From Octopus bimaculoides (Eukaryota): 35,888 nucleotides of DNA. The position numbers and the translations under genes were made by a program. Below are positions 34,098 through 35,888 of this stretch, in pieces (positions within the stretch are counted from its first letter, which is position 1; the number at the start of each line of letters is the position of its first letter). Where the stretch lies: contig NC_068983.1 of NCBI RefSeq assembly GCF_001194135.2, positions 35,192,064-35,227,951 of the forward strand, written 5' to 3'. The notes under the pieces are model-generated. The model did no database searches and had not been told where the DNA came from. It saw only the letters and a program-made list of their open reading frames with translations.

Positions 34098-34702
34098 ATT
34101 AATTTTCAAGCAGGCCATTTGAAATCTATAGTCCATCAGGTTTTAATTTCTTTTTACATTTGCAAATCTATCCCTATCTCTATTATTGTACATTAGCTGT
34201 AGGAATTTGCAATTCAAAATAGATTTTGAACATTAATAAGAATGAAATTAATAAAGATATGAGGGAACATTAGCTATAAATACTACAGATTCAATTATGA
34301 ATCATTTTACATTTTCTATCATTACTGAATTAAGAATTGAAGGTACACTGCCGTTGACATTTACGGTTTTCTCATTTTAGGGAAAAAGATTTCGCTTTTA
34401 TATTTACTGATAATTGTGTTTGAATATTGATTTTGTGACAATTATCTGATATTTTTCTATTAGACTTCTAATAACGTGTTACATACATAATAAAATTCCA
34501 AAATATTTCAGTAATATCTGAATATTCTTTCATTTTATTTTTATAGTTTGATGAAGGAAGTTATGTAACATGCCCCAATGAACATGGCAAGTGGACGGTA
34601 TATGGTTTGGGTTTAGAAACTTCATGTTATAATCACGATTTACGTCCTTCACTATTTATTGACGTATATAAGATAAAAGATTGGATTGAAGAGAAAATAT
34701 AA
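2842..34702 (+). CDS. Multi-exon gene, 5'-incomplete: LDLa-SRCR-LDLa-LDLa-SRCR-trypsin-like serine protease homolog (predicted catalytically inactive)
   Basis: Twelve exons with AG/GT ends chain without stops (entry/exit phases 1-1, 1-2, 2-1, 1-1, 1-1, 1-2, 2-2, 2-1, 1-2, 2-1, 1-0, 0-stop). They total 1622 nt and end at TAA 34700-34702. About 10 N-glycosylation sequons indicate an extracellular protein. Confidence 0.85.
3515..3662 (+). mobile_element. tRNA-derived SINE copy
   Basis: B-box-like tttcaaattcc followed by gtcgactttgcctt...cgataaattaagtacc. Related copies occur at 3664-3844 (-) and 32911-33030 (+). Confidence 0.7.
3664..3844 (-). mobile_element. tRNA-derived SINE copy, inverted relative to the adjacent copy
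   Basis: The reverse complement has the head gcggactggaagaatcgttggcataccg...gttctaactccgcc and a body aligning to the 3515-3662 copy. Confidence 0.7.
4300..5800 (+). mobile_element. Decayed RTE-clade LINE (AP endonuclease and RT remnants)
   Basis: Frameshifted translations include [32 protein letters not shown] and WELLYADDL (RT YADD motif). Confidence 0.75.
6200..6620 (-). mobile_element. Possible second LINE remnant (RT C-terminal part)
   Basis: Weak minus-strand similarity only (e.g. [15 protein letters not shown], resembling the RTE thumb region). Confidence 0.3.
8371..8518 (+). CDS. Exon: SRCR domain 1, N-terminal half
   Basis: [48 protein letters not shown] fits the SRCR RLxGG..GR..C..C..LG pattern; acceptor tag, donor GTAAAT; phase 1-2. 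Confidence 0.8.
8850..12440 (+). mobile_element. Near-full-length decayed RTE/BovB-like LINE
   Basis: APE motifs [25 protein letters not shown] and [12 protein letters not shown] motifs [27 protein letters not shown] and ELQYADD. Many stops and frameshifts. The ends are approximate. Confidence 0.9.
13354..13502 (+). CDS. Exon: SRCR domain 1, C-terminal half (Tyr/Cys-rich)
   Basis: [49 protein letters not shown]; polypyrimidine acceptor and GTAAGT donor. Phase 2-1 exactly bridges the flanking exons. Confidence 0.8.
14611..14742 (+). CDS. Exon: LDLa repeat 2
   Basis: [43 protein letters not shown]; cag acceptor, GTAAGC donor; phase 1-1. Confidence 0.9.
15960..16508 (+). mobile_element. Tc1-family transposon 3' remnant with right TIR and TA
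   Basis: Translation [46 protein letters not shown]. The end reads ...gcgtttCAGTG-TA (16502-16508). Confidence 0.85.
17245..17355 (+). CDS. Exon: LDLa repeat 3
   Basis: [36 protein letters not shown]; cag acceptor, GTAAGT donor; phase 1-1. Confidence 0.92.
17578..17745 (+). mobile_element. tRNA-derived SINE (decayed)
   Basis: A-box-like tggttagaatg and B-box-like ttcgattcc, followed by a gttgtgttcttgaataaaacactt body. Confidence 0.55.
17866..18140. mobile_element. Fold-back MITE-like element with about 127-bp near-perfect inverted arms
   Basis: Arm 17866-17992 is the reverse complement of 18014-18140, around a 21-nt loop. There are only 2 mismatches in the central 118 bp. Confidence 0.85.
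18820..19030. repeat. Degenerate (CA)n-rich low-complexity tract
   Basis: Direct reading of the sequence. Confidence 0.8.
19165..19320 (+). mobile_element. SINE 3' portion with RTE-like tail
   Basis: Ends ...cctagcatggccgcagtc...gaaacaagttaaaaataaaagat, a tail I recall from octopus SINEs. Recognised from memory. Confidence 0.45.
19369..19378 (+). other. Illumina adapter remnant AGATCGGAAG at a contig end
   Basis: Exact 10-nt match to the start of the TruSeq adapter, immediately before the N gap at 19379. Confidence 0.7.
19535..20550 (-). mobile_element. Penelope-like element 3' part (linker, GIY-YIG, pseudo-LTR)
   Basis: Minus translation [15 protein letters not shown]...[14 protein letters not shown]...[27 protein letters not shown] degenerate hammerhead follows and the end abuts (TA)n. 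Confidence 0.85.
19692..19730 (-). ncRNA. Degenerate minimal hammerhead motif (core mutated to UUGAAAA)
   Basis: Minus strand: GAGAAAU-uugaaaa-G(aaaaua)C-GAAA-CCGG-UU-AUUUCUC. Stem I is a perfect 7 bp and stem III is palindromic. Confidence 0.45.
20551..20810 (+). mobile_element. Penelope-like RT N-terminal fragment in inverted orientation
   Basis: Translation [11 protein letters not shown]...(frameshift)...[19 protein letters not shown], typical PLE RT N-terminal motifs. Confidence 0.8.
20815..21006 (+). mobile_element. PLE pseudo-LTR-like terminus containing a minimal hammerhead, ending at (TA)n
   Basis: Same layout as 32290-32467 (ttctg..gaagagc...gctcgaaa.gt.aaa...gagcgtc...ctaata). Confidence 0.6.
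20871..20905 (+). ncRNA. Minimal type I hammerhead motif
   Basis: GUUU-CUGACGA-A-GAGC(UUU)GCUC-GAAA-UG-U-A-AAAC. The core is intact with an extra A9.1; stem I and stem II are 4 bp each. Confidence 0.6.
21169..21560. repeat. (TA)n/(TATG)n/(CA)n microsatellite complex
   Basis: Direct reading of the sequence. Confidence 0.85.
22172..22292 (+). CDS. Exon: SRCR domain 2 (short type found in type II transmembrane serine proteases), N-terminal part
   Basis: [39 protein letters not shown]; strong tttccag acceptor, GTAAGA donor; phase 1-2. Confidence 0.8.
23570..23620. repeat. (GA)n microsatellite after gap 22689-23569
   Basis: Direct reading of the sequence. Confidence 0.95.
23794..24495 (+). mobile_element. 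Tc1/mariner superfamily (maT/DD37D-like) transposon 5' remnant
   Basis: Frameshifted transposase: [27 protein letters not shown]...[16 protein letters not shown]...[13 protein letters not shown]-like start (TA)tagggtgcgatagg lies at about 23794. It is truncated after the first catalytic Asp region. Confidence 0.75.
25327..25570 (+). mobile_element. Penelope-like GIY-YIG endonuclease remnant
   Basis: [27 protein letters not shown]...[11 protein letters not shown]...GLSLH...EELIF, matching the CxxC..YIG.TGRRL..R..EH..HF pattern. Confidence 0.7.
25660..26265. repeat. CA-rich low-complexity tract and (TA)n/(TACA)n microsatellites
   Basis: Direct reading of the sequence. Confidence 0.8.
26745..26885 (+). 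mobile_element. SINE-like 3' fragment
   Basis: aaacaaccttgtccagacctttgcctaagag...ggtgcaatcccatagtcattcgtgaccg resembles a repeat tail I recall from octopus. Not searched. Confidence 0.35.
27068..27175 (+). CDS. Exon: SRCR domain 2, middle part
   Basis: [35 protein letters not shown]; ttcttcttag acceptor, GTAAAT donor; phase 2-2. Confidence 0.7.
28598..28635 (+). CDS. Exon: end of SRCR domain 2 (38 nt)
   Basis: [12 protein letters not shown] resembles the C..G..V.L.C end of the short SRCR; ctaacag acceptor, GTAAGC donor; phase 2-1. Confidence 0.7.
29736..29910 (+). CDS. Exon: activation region and N-terminus of trypsin-like domain (IVGG and His57 motifs degenerate)
   Basis: CGTR...[43 protein letters not shown]; GEWPW is a hallmark of S1A peptidases; GTAAGT donor; phase 1-2. 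Confidence 0.88.
30620..30725 (+). ncRNA. Hammerhead-like motif with long branched stem II, partly decayed
   Basis: AUCAC-CUGAGGA-GAC...GUC-GAAA-CAAUU(u)U-A-GUUAU. Stem I has 4 of 5 bp and there are two internal hairpins. Confidence 0.4.
30977..31489. mobile_element. Long-TIR fold-back MITE-like element (about 230-250 bp imperfect arms)
   Basis: 30977-31226 is complementary to 31264-31489 (e.g. ctgcagctgtc/gacagctgcag, tgcatctagttgtg/cacaactagatgca, gtagaataattctgggg/ccccagaattattctac), around an AT-rich spacer. Confidence 0.8.
31701..31936 (+). CDS. Exon: trypsin-like domain, middle (Asp102 replaced by Asn)
   Basis: [12 protein letters not shown]...[10 protein letters not shown]...VQPICLP...KCFAVGF. 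The donor is taken as GTATGA at 31937, the only phase-1 GT near the expected site, so the 3' end is less certain. Confidence 0.85.
32290..32467 (+). mobile_element. PLE pseudo-LTR-like terminus with hammerhead variant, ending at (TA)n(TG)n
   Basis: Homologous layout to 20815-21006 and directly followed by (TA)n at 32468. Confidence 0.6.
32341..32377 (+). ncRNA. Minimal hammerhead variant with CUGUUGA core
   Basis: UCUUU-CUGUUGA-A-GAGC(GUA)GCUC-GAAA-CG-U-C-AAAGA. Stem I is 5 bp, stem III is the palindrome ACGU, the triplet is GUC, and A6 is changed to U. Confidence 0.6.
32911..33030 (+). mobile_element. tRNA-derived SINE 5' part, same family as the 3515-3844 copies
   Basis: Head ggcgctgagctggaagagtcgttagtacgcccggc...gaattcaaattcc. 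Confidence 0.6.
33311..33444 (+). CDS. Exon: trypsin-like domain (C168, C182, C191)
   Basis: [44 protein letters not shown]; GTAAGT donor; phase 1-0. Confidence 0.85.
34547..34702 (+). CDS. Terminal coding exon: trypsin-like C-terminus (GDSGG replaced by FDEGS)
   Basis: [51 protein letters not shown]; strong ttttatag acceptor; phase 0. Confidence 0.9.
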   Translation, partial: FDEGSYVTCPNEHGKWTVYGLGLETSCYNHDLRPSLFIDVYKIKDWIEEKI

Positions 34703-34949
34703 CAAGTTAAATACAAGATGTTTGATACAATGTTAATTATTAATGATTAATTTGATTTAAATTGGTTTCATTATCTGCTTAATTCCACAATTAAATTTTG
34801 CAAATTCTAACGATGTAACTAACTTTCGAGTCTCCTTTGTTGCTTGCTTATTTTTATTAACCTTATTTGTTCTCTAAAGATTTACATGCCACGTCTAAAC
34901 ATACTAATTTATACTTTTAAAATACCTACATTAACATTCTAAATATCTG

Positions 34950-34955
34950 AATAAA
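34950..34955 (+). promoter_or_regulatory. Candidate polyadenylation signal AATAAA
   Basis: First AATAAA about 250 nt after the stop. Alternatives are ATTAAA at 34790 and AATAAA at 35376. Confidence 0.35.
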
Positions 34956-35784
34956 AAGATTAATTTTCCAGAAATATTCCCTGTCAAATGATTCATACCA
35001 ACTGAAAGAGTTATGCTTATTAATTAATTTTAGACGAAATCCCACTTATCAGTTTAATGTGTATTTAATGACAGATTATAAACCTTCCTAGAATCTGCGG
35101 TGACCTATAAGTGGTGAGATTATGCGATTGTAGCTACATCAGGCTACAAAAGCAATTAGATTTTGAAGTTGTAATCGTTCTTTTACTATGTTATTTCTTT
35201 TCAACTTGAGGTTTCATTTTTACTTATATTTCATTTATTCGCAAGTTGCATGATACTCTACATCGTCCTTAACATTTTTATACATTAAAGTCTCTATGTA
35301 TTATTGCCAATGACCAATTTTTTTAATGATTTTTAAATAAGTTTTATAATGCGTTTATAATTATCAATGATCTTCAATAAAACTTTTATCAGTGTGAAAT
35401 TATTTTGTATTTTCTATTTTGAAAAATACAATCTACACAAGGTACTATAGTTCTCGTGTTTACAGAATGTAAAGAAAGAGTGAGAGAGAGAGTGGGGGAG
35501 AATAAGCGTGTGAGAAACTAAATATAAAAGGACGCAAATGTAGTATGGAAGAAATAAGAATACTGAAAGAAGTACGTAATAAATAGGAAAAGTGGATGGA
35601 TGGTCTGGTGACACAGGATGAGATGGTAAAAACTGATCTCCGGAAGCCTTACTCGGAAAATGACAAAATGTGTAACGTGATTGATGCATTTTGATGATGC
35701 AGGTGGCGCAAGCATGACAACAGGAAGATAAAGAAAATTGAAGGCTTCGAAATGTGTGCGTGAATACCTTATATATGTGAGAAT

Positions 35785-35827
35785 GTATGTGTGTATGTAT
35801 ATATATATACATATATATACACACCCA

Positions 35828-35888
<61 letters not shown>
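35785..35888. repeat. (TA)n/(CA)n microsatellite
   Basis: Direct reading of the sequence. Confidence 0.95.

Noticed and set aside
1-35888. CRISPR arrays, tRNA genes, prokaryotic operons
   Set aside because: None seen. The tRNA-like A/B boxes belong to SINE heads and the DNA is eukaryotic.

Overview
AT-rich, microsatellite- and transposon-laden animal genomic DNA with Illumina-type N gaps. A coleoid cephalopod (Octopus-like) source is inferred from a GC-expanded 18S fragment and SINE/MITE/Penelope repeats recognised from memory; it is not proven. The backbone is one + strand gene, missing its 5' end, that I reconstructed as 12 phase-compatible GT-AG exons (2842-34702, about 540 aa). It encodes LDLa-SRCR-LDLa-LDLa-SRCR followed by a trypsin-fold domain. 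That domain has lost all three catalytic residues, the R-IVGG activation motif and the C42-C58 disulfide, but keeps its other disulfides, so it is a candidate mosaic pseudoprotease. The introns hold an antisense 18S rRNA fragment, decayed RTE LINEs, Tc1 and maT transposase remnants, SINEs, two long fold-back MITE-like elements and several Penelope-like element (PLE) pieces. Five hammerhead-ribozyme-like motifs with different architectures are associated with PLE remnants or PLE-like termini; three lie on the pre-mRNA strand. Four of the five sit in termini that run into (TA)n tracts.
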